IMG/VR virus record: IMGVR_UViG_3300013713_000001
Span: 64,001-128,000 of that record
Length of the DNA: 64,000 nucleotides
Direction: 5' to 3' (one strand)
DNA from: a virus
Taxonomy: Duplodnaviria; Caudoviricetes
Position numbers and translations under genes: made by a program
Notes under the pieces: model-generated
What the model saw: the letters and a program-made list of their open reading frames with translations, nothing else
Databases searched by the model: none
Told to the model about the DNA's origin: nothing
Shown: positions 16,744-26,158 of the stretch, piece after piece
Numbering within the stretch: the stretch's first letter is position 1
Layout of the letters: each line of letters starts with the position of its first letter

Positions 16744-18009
16744 TTACAGGCCGAGTGCGGAGAGCAGTGCAGCGGAGTTACCGACCGATGGGACGTCTTG
16801 CTGAGGAACCGAAACGCCCGGGATCTTCTCGATGAGGGCGATGGTCTCGGCGGATGGGTTGTTGTACTCTTCCTGTACCGCACGACCAGCACGGCTACCG
16901 ATGCCGCCTGCAGCAACGCCGATGGCACCGGCCAGCAGGTAACGACCGGTTTCGCTTTCCATCAGGTTCTCGGTAGCACCGCCGAGGAAGTAGGCACCAG
17001 TAGCACCGACCGCAGTACCGACACCGGCACCGAGGCTGACGCTGCCACGGGAAACCATTTCCAGACCACCGCCGACAACGGCTGCAGCAGCAGCGACAAA
17101 GGCGCTGGAGAAGCCGCTGTCACGCTTGCCTCGAACGGTGGTCATGATGCGCTCGCTCAGGCCAGGGGTTTGAACTTGGACGTCGACTGCCAGTTCGGGT
17201 TTGACAGTGCCGAGGTCGCCGACCGGGGAGACGGTGGCTTGGGCGGATTGGACTTGGTTCAGAACGGGGGTAACGAAGGCTTCGAACATTTTGCGATTCT
17301 CCAGATTCATGTTGAGGAACATTGCGAGGGTACCAGCGATCCCGTGACCGCCGTTGGGGTAGCCCTTCATCAGGTTCCAGGTAGGAACGATGCTTGGGTA
17401 GTTGGCGATAAAGCCGTCGACGATCTTGGCCCGCGTCTCTTCGCTGTCAGCGCCGAGCTTGGCGAGGATGTCCTGGACTTCCTGGACGTGGCTTGCGAAA
17501 ACGTCTTCGGTTTTCGCTGCCGGGGCTTTCGGTGCTTCGACGTTGATGCGCTCGGAGACGGTTTCCAGGGTTTCTTTGACGTTTGGCATGACGGTGGCTT
17601 CCTGAATGGTAGAGGGAACGGTAGCAGTGGGTTGAGTTTCTTCCGGCTGTTCTGCCGGCGCTTCTGGAGCAGGTGCTTGAGCTTCGGCAGGGGCAGGCTC
17701 TTGAACCTCGAGCTTGGCGCTGCCGCTGAGAGAATCGACAGGAGTCGCTTTCTCGGCCGGTGCGGTGTTCACCGTTTTGATGGCCCGCTTGATTTCGCTC
17801 ATGGTCGTGTTCAGCTTGAACACCTTGTTCACTTCCCGAACGACGATGGCCCGTTGCTTCTGCGAGAAGAGTGAGGTGTCCTGGATAAAGCCATTGAGCT
17901 CGACCAGGATTGCCGCACGGGAACTCTTCTCGTCTTGCATCTCCTTGATGCGTGCTTTCACCACTTCCAGCGATTCATTCAGAGTGCTGGTTGCCTTGGT
18001 AGCGGTCAT
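16744..18009 (-). CDS. early protein with C-terminal glycine-zipper membrane domain
   Basis: N-terminal coiled coil, Ala/Pro/Glu linker, C-terminal GxxxG-rich hydrophobic helices; strong codon bias; own promoter and terminator. Confidence 0.85.
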   Translation of the reverse strand: MTATKATSTLNESLEVVKARIKEMQDEKSSRAAILVELNGFIQDTSLFSQKQRAIVVREVNKVFKLNTTMSEIKRAIKTVNTAPAEKATPVDSLSGSAKLEVQEPAPAEAQAPAPEAPAEQPEETQPTATVPSTIQEATVMPNVKETLETVSERINVEAPKAPAAKTEDVFASHVQEVQDILAKLGADSEETRAKIVDGFIANYPSIVPTWNLMKGYPNGGHGIAGTLAMFLNMNLENRKMFEAFVTPVLNQVQSAQATVSPVGDLGTVKPELAVDVQVQTPGLSERIMTTVRGKRDSGFSSAFVAAAAAVVGGGLEMVSRGSVSLGAGVGTAVGATGAYFLGGATENLMESETGRYLLAGAIGVAAGGIGSRAGRAVQEEYNNPSAETIALIEKIPGVSVPQQDVPSVGNSAALLSALGL

Positions 18010-18060
18010 AACAATTCTCCAATACGGTTAACAGTCAATGAAGTAAAACATTGCATTGTT

Positions 18061-18103
18061 TATTCACCCGAGTAATACAGGTCTGAACTTATCTGCAACT
18101 TAA
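18061..18103 (-). promoter_or_regulatory. extended early promoter block (36/43 identical to 54715-54757)
   Basis: TTAAGTTGCAGATAAGTTCAGACCTGTATTACTCGGGTGAATA. Confidence 0.75.
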
Positions 18104-18153
18104 AAAATAAAATGCATAATAGACCCTACCCACCTCCCGTAGGAGGTGGGTAG
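18101..18153 (-). terminator. hairpin with C(UACG)G loop and GGTAGGGTCTATTATGC tail
   Basis: 12-bp stem CTACCCACCTCC/GGAGGTGGGTAG. Confidence 0.8.
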
Positions 18154-18160
18154 TGCGTCT

Positions 18161-18589
18161 CTATGGATTACCAAACTGTTCTTCGCTAAAGGTTAGGCGC
18201 CGTCCCGCCCAATTAGCAAATAGGAAATCTGCTTTTAGGACGGCGTACTTATCAAACTCATAGGTCAAGGACATATGGGGGAGATACTCCGGATAAACCG
18301 GTACATAACCTCGTTCTTTCAGACGTTGGTGTTCTTCTACCAGGCCTGGCGAGATCAGGTGAAACACCAGGCCTGTACCCAGGACTTCAACGTTCTGGAT
18401 AGTGCCCTCATAAACCTTGTTAGCGTTTACAGAGCACAGCGGCGCCGAGAGATCTCGTTCGTCATACATCAACGTACAGTGTAACGGGTACTTGGGCATT
18501 GCAAAGCCGGCTTGCACCAACAAGCCTAGGATTTCACTTCTTTCCGGATCCTGGAGGAGGACCTGGACGTAACCTGTATCACTGGCCAT
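18161..18589 (-). CDS. 2H phosphodiesterase, Acb1/T4 gp57B-like (putative anti-CBASS)
   Basis: LHCTLMY and YLPHMSLTY 2H motifs, TGYV N-terminus, L..EH..L..RG segment; size and spacing match T4 57B. Confidence 0.8.
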   Translation of the reverse strand: MASDTGYVQVLLQDPERSEILGLLVQAGFAMPKYPLHCTLMYDERDLSAPLCSVNANKVYEGTIQNVEVLGTGLVFHLISPGLVEEHQRLKERGYVPVYPEYLPHMSLTYEFDKYAVLKADFLFANWAGRRLTFSEEQFGNP

Positions 18590-19512
18590 TCTGGCTCCTG
18601 GCGACCGCGCTTAAAGAGGTTGAGGACCTTGTTCCAATAAAATCCTTTGGACCTCAGCTTCTTGTGGGACGCGGTAAACCGGGAATCGTTGTAGGGGAGG
18701 GTAAACGCAGCAGCCTGTACATGACCGCCACCTCCGAACCGTTCAGCAATAACATTTACCGGATAAGCATCCGAACGCAACGAATAATAACGACTGTCTC
18801 GACCATTTGCATAAACCGCTACTGGGTAACCGTGGTGTTTCAGTGCATCCCCAAGATCGGATGCAAAACAGTAGTTCGCGTTAACGGCAGCAAACGTAAC
18901 ACCATCAATATCCAGCAAGTGAAAGGTCTTAGCAATCTTGGCAACCTCTAGTTCCTGTTTCCGTAAGAGCGCGTCACCGATTTGCTTTACGGTATAGGGA
19001 TCTGTTGCCATCAAGGTGTCAATACTTTCAACAGTCAGCGGGTAACTAAAAGCAGCGGCAGTCCAGCTCTTGGTCAAGGGATTTTTGAACTTCCACAAAT
19101 CCCGATCCTGTACCAACTCAATACCGAGAGGAGGTTTCACAAGCGGGTAGAAGTAATCCCAAGCCATGCCAGCGCCCGAACGCTTCATATCAAAGATAAC
19201 GTTCGTTTCGTATTCACTGCTCGGATCCAAGTGCGTCCGCAGGTCAGCACAGACTCGCTCAGCAGTGTCGTGGTGATCAAGAACCACCAGGTGACACATA
19301 CTTGCCAATTCAACCATTTCAGGAAGGGGGTAGCTGAAGTCCACAACAAAGACATTCTTCCCTTCAAGACCCTCTGGGAGTTTGCTCTTGTACTGGGCGG
19401 AGATAAGTTTCACATTTCCGTCAAAGTACTTCCAAACCACCCAAGCTGCTGCGATGCCGTCCAAGCAGTTTGCGTGGTAAATGCAAACATTCTTGTGCTC
19501 ATGCATCGGCAT
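18526..19512 (-). CDS. DHH/DHHA1 phosphoesterase
   Basis: YHANCLDG, VVDFSY, LDHH, RSGAGMAW, QDRDLW, YSLRS, GGGGHVQAAAF. Confidence 0.9.
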   Translation of the reverse strand: MPMHEHKNVCIYHANCLDGIAAAWVVWKYFDGNVKLISAQYKSKLPEGLEGKNVFVVDFSYPLPEMVELASMCHLVVLDHHDTAERVCADLRTHLDPSSEYETNVIFDMKRSGAGMAWDYFYPLVKPPLGIELVQDRDLWKFKNPLTKSWTAAAFSYPLTVESIDTLMATDPYTVKQIGDALLRKQELEVAKIAKTFHLLDIDGVTFAAVNANYCFASDLGDALKHHGYPVAVYANGRDSRYYSLRSDAYPVNVIAERFGGGGHVQAAAFTLPYNDSRFTASHKKLRSKGFYWNKVLNLFKRGRQEPEWPVIQVTSRSSSRIRKEVKS

Positions 19513-20245
19513 CGTCCTGCTCGCGGTTCTCCGGGGCATCAGAAGCACCAATGATGTCAATGCAACGCCACACACCCCAGGCCTCGCCGTTCTCTTCACG
19601 GAGGCGGTGCGCTTCTTCAAAGGCCAGGGCCTTCGTCTTCAGGCGGGTGGGTGAACGGGTAAAGACGGTGGCTCCGTTCTCAAAGACCTTACCGATGATG
19701 TAACTGCCGAGGGGCTTGTGATACGGCTCACGGAAGTCAGCACGGCGGGCCTGGGTCATCTTCTGGTGGTAGAGGTTGAACCCAAACCAGAGCAGACGGA
19801 TACGGCTGTTGATATAACGGCCATTGGCGTCTTTTTCGAGCTCCATAGGGCTAGCCCCTACATCTGACTCGAAGAGGACGTTTTCGAACTCTTCCTGGAT
19901 GGTAGTTGGTGCTTCGTGGGGGCGACCAGGTGTCGGGAGTACATCAGCCACTACTGCGGGTGCTACTGTATCCAGGGTTTCCGGTTTTTCCGCAATAACC
20001 AGAGGAACCGCAACGATGTACGGATCCGTGTCAGTCGATGGCTGGTAGAGCGCCAGATCACGGGACTCGTCCAGGTTGTCACCAGCCTGTTCGACAAACT
20101 TGTCAACGATCTCACTCAGGGCGCCTTTGACATCAGGACGCTTGAGACCACGGTTATCAGCCAGCTCCCTGGCACGTTGGTTGACCCAGGTGGAATCGAC
20201 AGGGTGCAGGGCCAGCGGAAGGTTTTCAGGAACAGTCACAGGCAA
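19499..20245 (-). CDS. hypothetical multidomain protein
   Basis: AGGAG RBS; GRY..W and A..EA.RL modules. Confidence 0.75.
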   Translation of the reverse strand: MPVTVPENLPLALHPVDSTWVNQRARELADNRGLKRPDVKGALSEIVDKFVEQAGDNLDESRDLALYQPSTDTDPYIVAVPLVIAEKPETLDTVAPAVVADVLPTPGRPHEAPTTIQEEFENVLFESDVGASPMELEKDANGRYINSRIRLLWFGFNLYHQKMTQARRADFREPYHKPLGSYIIGKVFENGATVFTRSPTRLKTKALAFEEAHRLREENGEAWGVWRCIDIIGASDAPENREQDDADA

Positions 20246-20324
20246 TCTCCTTGTATTACTTTTTTAATTTACTTCGTGTAAAGGATGTTCAAACAGCACC
20301 ATTCACAAAATTAAAAACAAGGTT

Positions 20325-20780
20325 TCATGACACCACCCCGCCAAAAACGCGGGTATTGGAACCAGACGATCGAGCCAGTTGCTGCAGCACCACCTGCCCG
20401 TCTTTATTGAGGCCAAGGGTGCTACGGATGTCGTCGGCTGGTATTGGTGGCGGGAGCAGCTGGGGTATAACCGAAGGCTGCTGCCGACCGTGACGAAGGA
20501 CTAACGTTTGCATAATGGGAAAAAGCGCGTCCAGGATCTTTACAAGGTGACCAACCTTAGTTCCCAGACGCAAGAGGACCTCTTCACCGGCTCCACGAAC
20601 AACCGCAATAGGCATCTCTGCAATGCTGTAGTTGTAGACCAGGATCTCCTCGCGCTCACGCAAAATCCCTACCGCGTACTTCCGGTTAACCGTAAAGTGT
20701 TCACGGTTAATAGCGACCCCCACGATACGCCCGTAGAGGTCCTTCAAGCGGGTGTTGCCAGTAACTACTACTTGGTCCAT
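20325..20780 (-). CDS. hypothetical protein
   Basis: AGGAG RBS. Confidence 0.65.
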   Translation of the reverse strand: MDQVVVTGNTRLKDLYGRIVGVAINREHFTVNRKYAVGILREREEILVYNYSIAEMPIAVVRGAGEEVLLRLGTKVGHLVKILDALFPIMQTLVLRHGRQQPSVIPQLLPPPIPADDIRSTLGLNKDGQVVLQQLARSSGSNTRVFGGVVS

Positions 20781-20811
20781 TACAGCGCTCCTATTCTTAT
20801 AGAAAAGGGGC

Positions 20812-21303
20812 TTATATCGCCCCTATCATCCGCAAATACTCTGTATCTTGTAATTCTGGTTTAGCGCAGGCATCTGAAGCCAGTTTGTCTGCACGTTCGT
20901 TGCCGAGAACGCCCGAGTGACCCCTCACCCAGTGAAACTTAACCTTGTTCTCTTTCAGCAACTCGTTAAGGACGATGCAGAGGTCCCGGTTCTTGACCGG
21001 TTGCCCCGTGTTGTAAGTTAGCCAGTTGTTCCTGGCCCAACCCCTGATCCACTTCGTCGCGGCTTTGATGGTGTAATCCGAGTCAGTGTAGATATCGACC
21101 TTGATGTTAGGACCGAACTCTTCCAGTGCTGTGATTACTGCCAACATCTCCATTCGATTATTGGTTGTATAATGGTAGCCCTTACTCAACTCGGTCACCG
21201 TATCACCGAGTTGAGCAAAGATGCCATAACCACCAGGACCTGGGTTGCCCTTACAAGCACCATCCGTATAGATTACATAATGGTCTTGCTTGGCTTTGGA
21301 CAT
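20812..21303 (-). CDS. rnhA: ribonuclease HI
   Basis: YTDGACKGNPGPGG, TTNNRMEM, TDSDY, VKNRDL, WVRGHSG..GNERADKLA. Confidence 0.97.
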   Translation of the reverse strand: MSKAKQDHYVIYTDGACKGNPGPGGYGIFAQLGDTVTELSKGYHYTTNNRMEMLAVITALEEFGPNIKVDIYTDSDYTIKAATKWIRGWARNNWLTYNTGQPVKNRDLCIVLNELLKENKVKFHWVRGHSGVLGNERADKLASDACAKPELQDTEYLRMIGAI

Positions 21304-21315
21304 TTAAACCTCGTG

Positions 21316-22614
21316 CTAGAAAGTTGCTCCGTCAATATAGATGGTCTGCTCGTTTTCATTTGCTAGATAATCAAACGCACTTTTATCCGGATAGCTCAGG
21401 TGCGCATTACCCTTTGGGCTCGTGGAGAGCATAAGGTCTTCTCTCTCCTTAGGTGGGTATTTGACCGTTAGCAGTTCATTGTTGATCAACCGTCGAGCGG
21501 TATCCAGCAGGTTGATCATGCTGCAACGGGAGGTAATCGAGTCGACCAGGTAGTCAACAAGGCTCTCTTCGACTGCACTGGGTTCAACATCACCAAAGAA
21601 GGCCTGGCAAGCCTTACGGCGAATCGACCGACGGGAATCAGGGTTACGGAACGACATGGTAAAGAGAACGGTATACTGCTGGTCGAAAACATTGGCGCTT
21701 TCTTTCGGAACGAACAGAGCCACGTTATTCTCGTCGACCCGTACCAGGTGAGCAGGACGTGGCGCGCCGATATTGATAACTGTGAAGTCATAACGGCTCG
21801 TCAAGTAGATGCCCGGGCAGTCTTGACGGAAGTTTTGGGAATTGAACCTAATTCCTTTGAGGGTCACATTACCTGTCAAGAAGAACCCACAGCCGATCAG
21901 TCTGGAATCCTCAATGTCAATCTTCCCCTCTCTGAAGTTACAGTGTCGAAGGTCAGAGTTGTTAACAGTGACGAAACTGTCAGGAACGACCCCGCGAACG
22001 AAACTACAATGCTCGATAAGAGAATCGCAGTAATACCCCGAAGGAAGACTAGTCCCCTGGAAGTTTAGCGTATCCGCATCTACTCCACTCAGCGACAGAC
22101 GACCTTCGGGACGGCGCACCACGCCATAAAAGCCATTGCGCACGATCGACTCGTCCCACGCATTTTCTGTACTGTCAATCCCCATCAAGACTGACCGACC
22201 AGCAAAGTAATCAGACTTGCTATGGGAGTCGATCAGGCAAATAACCACCAGGGGGTCTTTTGTTCCGTACGGAGTATAACTGGAGAGCCCTGACAGATCC
22301 AGAGACGAGCTTTCGTCAGCCAGGATGTAATGGAGGGGTGCACGGAGCCCGTTTCGTTGCTCGATATCGTGCAGGTACCGGTATACCTTTAGAACAGGGT
22401 AAGCTCCCTTAGGTCCTATACCTGGAACGCATCGGATCAACGGAAATCCGTTATGACTCCACCACCCATCAACCAGTTCCGCTTCACCGATAGCGGTTAA
22501 GATCTCACCATTGACCGCAATCACGCCAGGCTGACCAATGATTGGAGTTTCCTCAACAACAGCAACTTCTTTGCTAACAGTCTTTGCTTCAGTCTTCTTC
22601 GTCATCTTTTCCAC
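21316..22614 (-). CDS. beta-solenoid (pentapeptide-like) protein, paralog of 22667..24109
   Basis: Periodic S/N/C-x-x-x-L/F/I region; C-terminal LVDYLVDSITSRCSMINLLD. Confidence 0.75.
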   Translation of the reverse strand: MEKMTKKTEAKTVSKEVAVVEETPIIGQPGVIAVNGEILTAIGEAELVDGWWSHNGFPLIRCVPGIGPKGAYPVLKVYRYLHDIEQRNGLRAPLHYILADESSSLDLSGLSSYTPYGTKDPLVVICLIDSHSKSDYFAGRSVLMGIDSTENAWDESIVRNGFYGVVRRPEGRLSLSGVDADTLNFQGTSLPSGYYCDSLIEHCSFVRGVVPDSFVTVNNSDLRHCNFREGKIDIEDSRLIGCGFFLTGNVTLKGIRFNSQNFRQDCPGIYLTSRYDFTVINIGAPRPAHLVRVDENNVALFVPKESANVFDQQYTVLFTMSFRNPDSRRSIRRKACQAFFGDVEPSAVEESLVDYLVDSITSRCSMINLLDTARRLINNELLTVKYPPKEREDLMLSTSPKGNAHLSYPDKSAFDYLANENEQTIYIDGATF

Positions 22615-22626
22615 CTTTCAACAAAG

Positions 22627-22654
22627 CTGAGTAACCCCACAAGGGGTTACTCAG
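22627..22654. terminator. hairpin between the paralogs
   Basis: 12-bp stem CTGAGTAACCCC/GGGGTTACTCAG. Confidence 0.6.
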
Positions 22655-22666
22655 TACACCGGTTAA

Positions 22667-24109
22667 TTATTCGAAGAACGAGGAACTTTCCCCTTCCGAT
22701 GAGATCCCCATCTCTTCGGCCACGTCCTCAACTTCATCCAAGAGGACGATCATCTTCAATCGAGAAACAACTTGGTCGACCAGGTATTGGAGGATCTGCC
22801 CCTTAACCGTTTCGGTTCCCTGGTGACCTCCGTAACCAGGGAACCCTGGTCGCTCCCATGGCGGGGTATAGCCGAGAGGACCCGGACCCGGTCCTGGGAT
22901 CAGACCAAACGGTTTCAATACCCCCTTACCTTTCTCACCGAGCAATTCCTGGAGCTGCTCCTCGATGACATGCCGAGGTGAATCGATAGGGAGTGGTTTC
23001 TTTTCCGCGGGCAGAGACCATCGATCCGTGGTGAGATACACTTCAGTTGGGGAAGTTCTGATCATCATCAGTGCACGATCGTGCCGGCTCAGGTAGTCGA
23101 GCTGAGTAAAGGCGAAACGGTTAGTGACGTGAATACTTGGAACGCGCCAGTGCTGGCCATTCAACCCACCGACGCCACGGATCAGGATATCCTTCTCCGT
23201 CTCAGCAACAAACTTCTCTGCCGTCAGTTTGCTGACACTAACCTTACCCCCGTTAATCACGCACTGGGTCAGGTAACTGTTGGTTACCTTTACCGGACTG
23301 GGGTTACTTGGCTTCAACCCCCCAACGGTCGACTTGGTGATATGGGAGTTGCTATAGCGACCGCCTGACAGGATCGAGTCGACGACCGAACAGGCCAGCA
23401 GGTAGAGGTTGTCGTATTCCTGGCGTTTGCTGATCCCCGGGCGGTGAGGACCACTAGGACCCCAGCCGTTACTGGCCCCTACATCCCCCGAAACAATCAC
23501 GAGGTGGCTCTTGTTGAGAACGGTGTTCTTCACCGCCACGTTGACCAACGAGCAATCGCCAAGGAAATGGTTATCCATGCTGGCCGCGTTGATCATGATG
23601 AGGTTACCGCCACGAGCCGTGCGGAAGTAGAAGTCATCGCTCAAGACAAACGAGGAACGGTCGTCCATCAGCAAGTGGTATTTGACTCCACTAAAGCTGA
23701 AGATAAACAACGACATCTCAGGGAAGTCAAAATTGGTGGGGTCTTCCCATGGGGCATTAGTGGACTGCGTCCGGGTGTACTCGTTATAGAGCACCTGGTG
23801 GGGTAGCTGGAAGTGCTGGTCTTCGTAAACGTAGACCTCGCCCCCTGGACCAGTGGGTTTCAGCCCGGTGGCCACGGGACCAATGCGAGTCCCTGCAATA
23901 ACGACAGTAGGTCCCTTTCCGGGAAGGAGGGCTTCTGTCTTACCGCCATAGCGTTGAGCTGACTCGATCACCTTTCCCAGGCGACCTCTGGGCTTCATAC
24001 CCAGTTCGTCGAACTGCAGGACGATGTCTTTGGCGATTGCTTGAGCCTCGGCAACCTGCGGCTCCTCTTTTGGTTCCTTGGTGTCCTTTACAACCTTCTT
24101 ATCGGCCAT
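22667..24109 (-). CDS. beta-solenoid protein, paralog of 21316..22614
   Basis: HLLMDDRSS vs YILADESSS; NHFLGDCSL vs DYFAGRSVL; C-terminal LQYLVDQVVSRLKMIVLLD. Confidence 0.75.
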   Translation of the reverse strand: MADKKVVKDTKEPKEEPQVAEAQAIAKDIVLQFDELGMKPRGRLGKVIESAQRYGGKTEALLPGKGPTVVIAGTRIGPVATGLKPTGPGGEVYVYEDQHFQLPHQVLYNEYTRTQSTNAPWEDPTNFDFPEMSLFIFSFSGVKYHLLMDDRSSFVLSDDFYFRTARGGNLIMINAASMDNHFLGDCSLVNVAVKNTVLNKSHLVIVSGDVGASNGWGPSGPHRPGISKRQEYDNLYLLACSVVDSILSGGRYSNSHITKSTVGGLKPSNPSPVKVTNSYLTQCVINGGKVSVSKLTAEKFVAETEKDILIRGVGGLNGQHWRVPSIHVTNRFAFTQLDYLSRHDRALMMIRTSPTEVYLTTDRWSLPAEKKPLPIDSPRHVIEEQLQELLGEKGKGVLKPFGLIPGPGPGPLGYTPPWERPGFPGYGGHQGTETVKGQILQYLVDQVVSRLKMIVLLDEVEDVAEEMGISSEGESSSFFE

Positions 24110-24112
24110 GCC

Positions 24113-26101
24113 TTAGTGCTCCTTGATGTACTTGATGAGGGATTCAATACTCGCATACTTGTTGACGTCCAACGTAGGAATAGAGTACTGGGTTGCTTTT
24201 AACAGTTTGCTCTTGCTAGCACGGTCACTGATCACCAGGTATTTGCAATCGACGGTAAGCTTATCAGAGAGCTCTATACCGCGTTCTGCAAAGTACCCCA
24301 CCAGTTCATCATGGGTCTGATCAAACGAGCCCGTAATCGACACCTTGAAGCCTGTAGTGTCTGCTGGAGGGAGGGTCAGTTCGATTTCTCGAGCCAAGGC
24401 CTCAAAGTTCTCATGGAACGTTGGATTCGCCATCGTGTTCACAACTGCCATGGCAATGCCGTTAGAGATCCCCTTAACCTCGGTCAGGAACCGCACGTTT
24501 GTAAACAGATGCTCGAGCAACGCAATGCGCTCATCCTTGCCAATACTGAAATCGGCAACAAAGTACACATTACTGGCCAGGGCATCGGCAATGCGTTTCG
24601 AGAGGACCACCCCAACATCCGGGAAGCAGAGGGCCTTGATAAAGCGGTCAAGCGTCTGAATACGCGCCCCGTCGATACGTTCTTTCAGATCCGTCGAGAT
24701 AAGGTTCAATGCCCCTGTATTCAGGCTGAACAGATCTGCCGGCTTGGTGAGGTAGCCGCGGTGGACCAGGTCTGCCACTACCACGGGACCCAACCCTTGG
24801 ATGTCAAGACCAAACTTGTCACCCATCAGGATCGTGCGGTGGATCAACTGCGCAGGGCACGCAGAGACGTTGTTACAGACGAGTTCTGCGCTGGTCTTAC
24901 CGATCCTTGTCTCGAGGATAGAAGAACAGCTAGGGCACTCGCCAGGGGCTTCCAGAGGCTGTGCATCTCCCGACTCAAGAATACCGCTGAGTACGGGGGT
25001 GGTTCGGTTGGTACGCGAGATCGAAACAACGTCACCTGCCCCCAAGCCGAGTTCCATGAAGTTCCCGTAGTTATCGAGCGTAACACTCGAGTACAGCACG
25101 CCACCGATTTCAACGGGGGTAAAGATCGCCTTCGGGATCACACGTCCATAACCAGAGGTACTCCACTCGACGTCCTTTAATACGGGAGTACCTTCCGCTG
25201 GGGGGAACATGTACGCCACGCTCCAGCGGGGATGCAGGTTGCTGACCCCAACCTCTTGCTGCAAGGCGAGGCTGTTCAGCTTCACCATAATCCCGTTCGA
25301 AGGGACCAGGTCACTGCGCATGTTTTTCGAGATGTAGCTAGCCGACACCTCTGGCGGGGTATCAAACTTGAACTCTCGCAGCTTTTCTTTCAGTCCCTGG
25401 TACGTGGTGGCCCCGAAAGGCTCACTTGACCAATGTGCAGAGAACTGCAGGGTATTCAGGATACGTTGGTCCAGGTGTTCTGGGTGAGCACGTACCCAGC
25501 CACTCACGGCACTGCGCGGGTCTCTCTTTTTCTCACTCAGGGATTCGTTATAGGTCTCGAAGTCATGGATCCCGATCCAGGCTTCACCACGGATCTCAAC
25601 CGTGTCCAGCATGGTGTCGATCTGGATGGGAATAACACCTTTAACAAACAGGGGATGGGCATGTACAACTTCTTCCCCAACCAATCCAGCACCGCCGGTG
25701 GCCATGCCGGTGAGGAGACCTTTGGTGTAGATCAAGCGGAGACCGATGCCCTCGAGCTTCGCTTCGTAGATGAACTCAGTGCCCTCAGGGAACTTGCCAC
25801 GAAACGCCTCGACTTCTTCTTCGCTGTAGACCTTGCGGACGCTTAGCATCGGCTCCGTGAAGCGGATCACGTTCAGAGGTCCTGCATTGGGGATCTCGAT
25901 CGGGACGGGGTTACTGACGTGGGTTTCGAACTGGTGACCCAGTGCTGGATACTGATCACACAGCCCCCGAAATTCTCGCTCCAGGTTATCGAATTCTTCG
26001 TTCGACAGCTCGGGTTCCTGTTTGACATGATACAGCCAGCTGTGATGCCGAAGGGCTTGATCCAGCAGTTTCATGCGTTCAATAGGGGAATTCTTAGCCA
26101 T
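24113..26101 (-). CDS. NAD+-dependent DNA ligase (LigA) homologue with degenerate active site
   Basis: Ia domain, PMLS, KLEG, EIRGE, PRWSVAY, OB, CPSC..C..C zinc finger, HhH and BRCT all recognisable; catalytic motifs substituted (see findings). Confidence 0.9.
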   Translation of the reverse strand: MAKNSPIERMKLLDQALRHHSWLYHVKQEPELSNEEFDNLEREFRGLCDQYPALGHQFETHVSNPVPIEIPNAGPLNVIRFTEPMLSVRKVYSEEEVEAFRGKFPEGTEFIYEAKLEGIGLRLIYTKGLLTGMATGGAGLVGEEVVHAHPLFVKGVIPIQIDTMLDTVEIRGEAWIGIHDFETYNESLSEKKRDPRSAVSGWVRAHPEHLDQRILNTLQFSAHWSSEPFGATTYQGLKEKLREFKFDTPPEVSASYISKNMRSDLVPSNGIMVKLNSLALQQEVGVSNLHPRWSVAYMFPPAEGTPVLKDVEWSTSGYGRVIPKAIFTPVEIGGVLYSSVTLDNYGNFMELGLGAGDVVSISRTNRTTPVLSGILESGDAQPLEAPGECPSCSSILETRIGKTSAELVCNNVSACPAQLIHRTILMGDKFGLDIQGLGPVVVADLVHRGYLTKPADLFSLNTGALNLISTDLKERIDGARIQTLDRFIKALCFPDVGVVLSKRIADALASNVYFVADFSIGKDERIALLEHLFTNVRFLTEVKGISNGIAMAVVNTMANPTFHENFEALAREIELTLPPADTTGFKVSITGSFDQTHDELVGYFAERGIELSDKLTVDCKYLVISDRASKSKLLKATQYSIPTLDVNKYASIESLIKYIKEH

Positions 26102-26130
26102 TGAAATTTCTCCGTTGCACTATAGGGGTA

Positions 26131-26156
26131 GGGGCCAGGGGTTGCCCCCTGACACC
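26131..26156 (-). other. GNRA-loop RNA hairpin without U-tract
   Basis: mRNA GUCAGGGG-GCAA-CCCCUGGC between the NTase-like gene and the ligase homologue. Confidence 0.45.
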
Positions 26157-26158
26157 TG

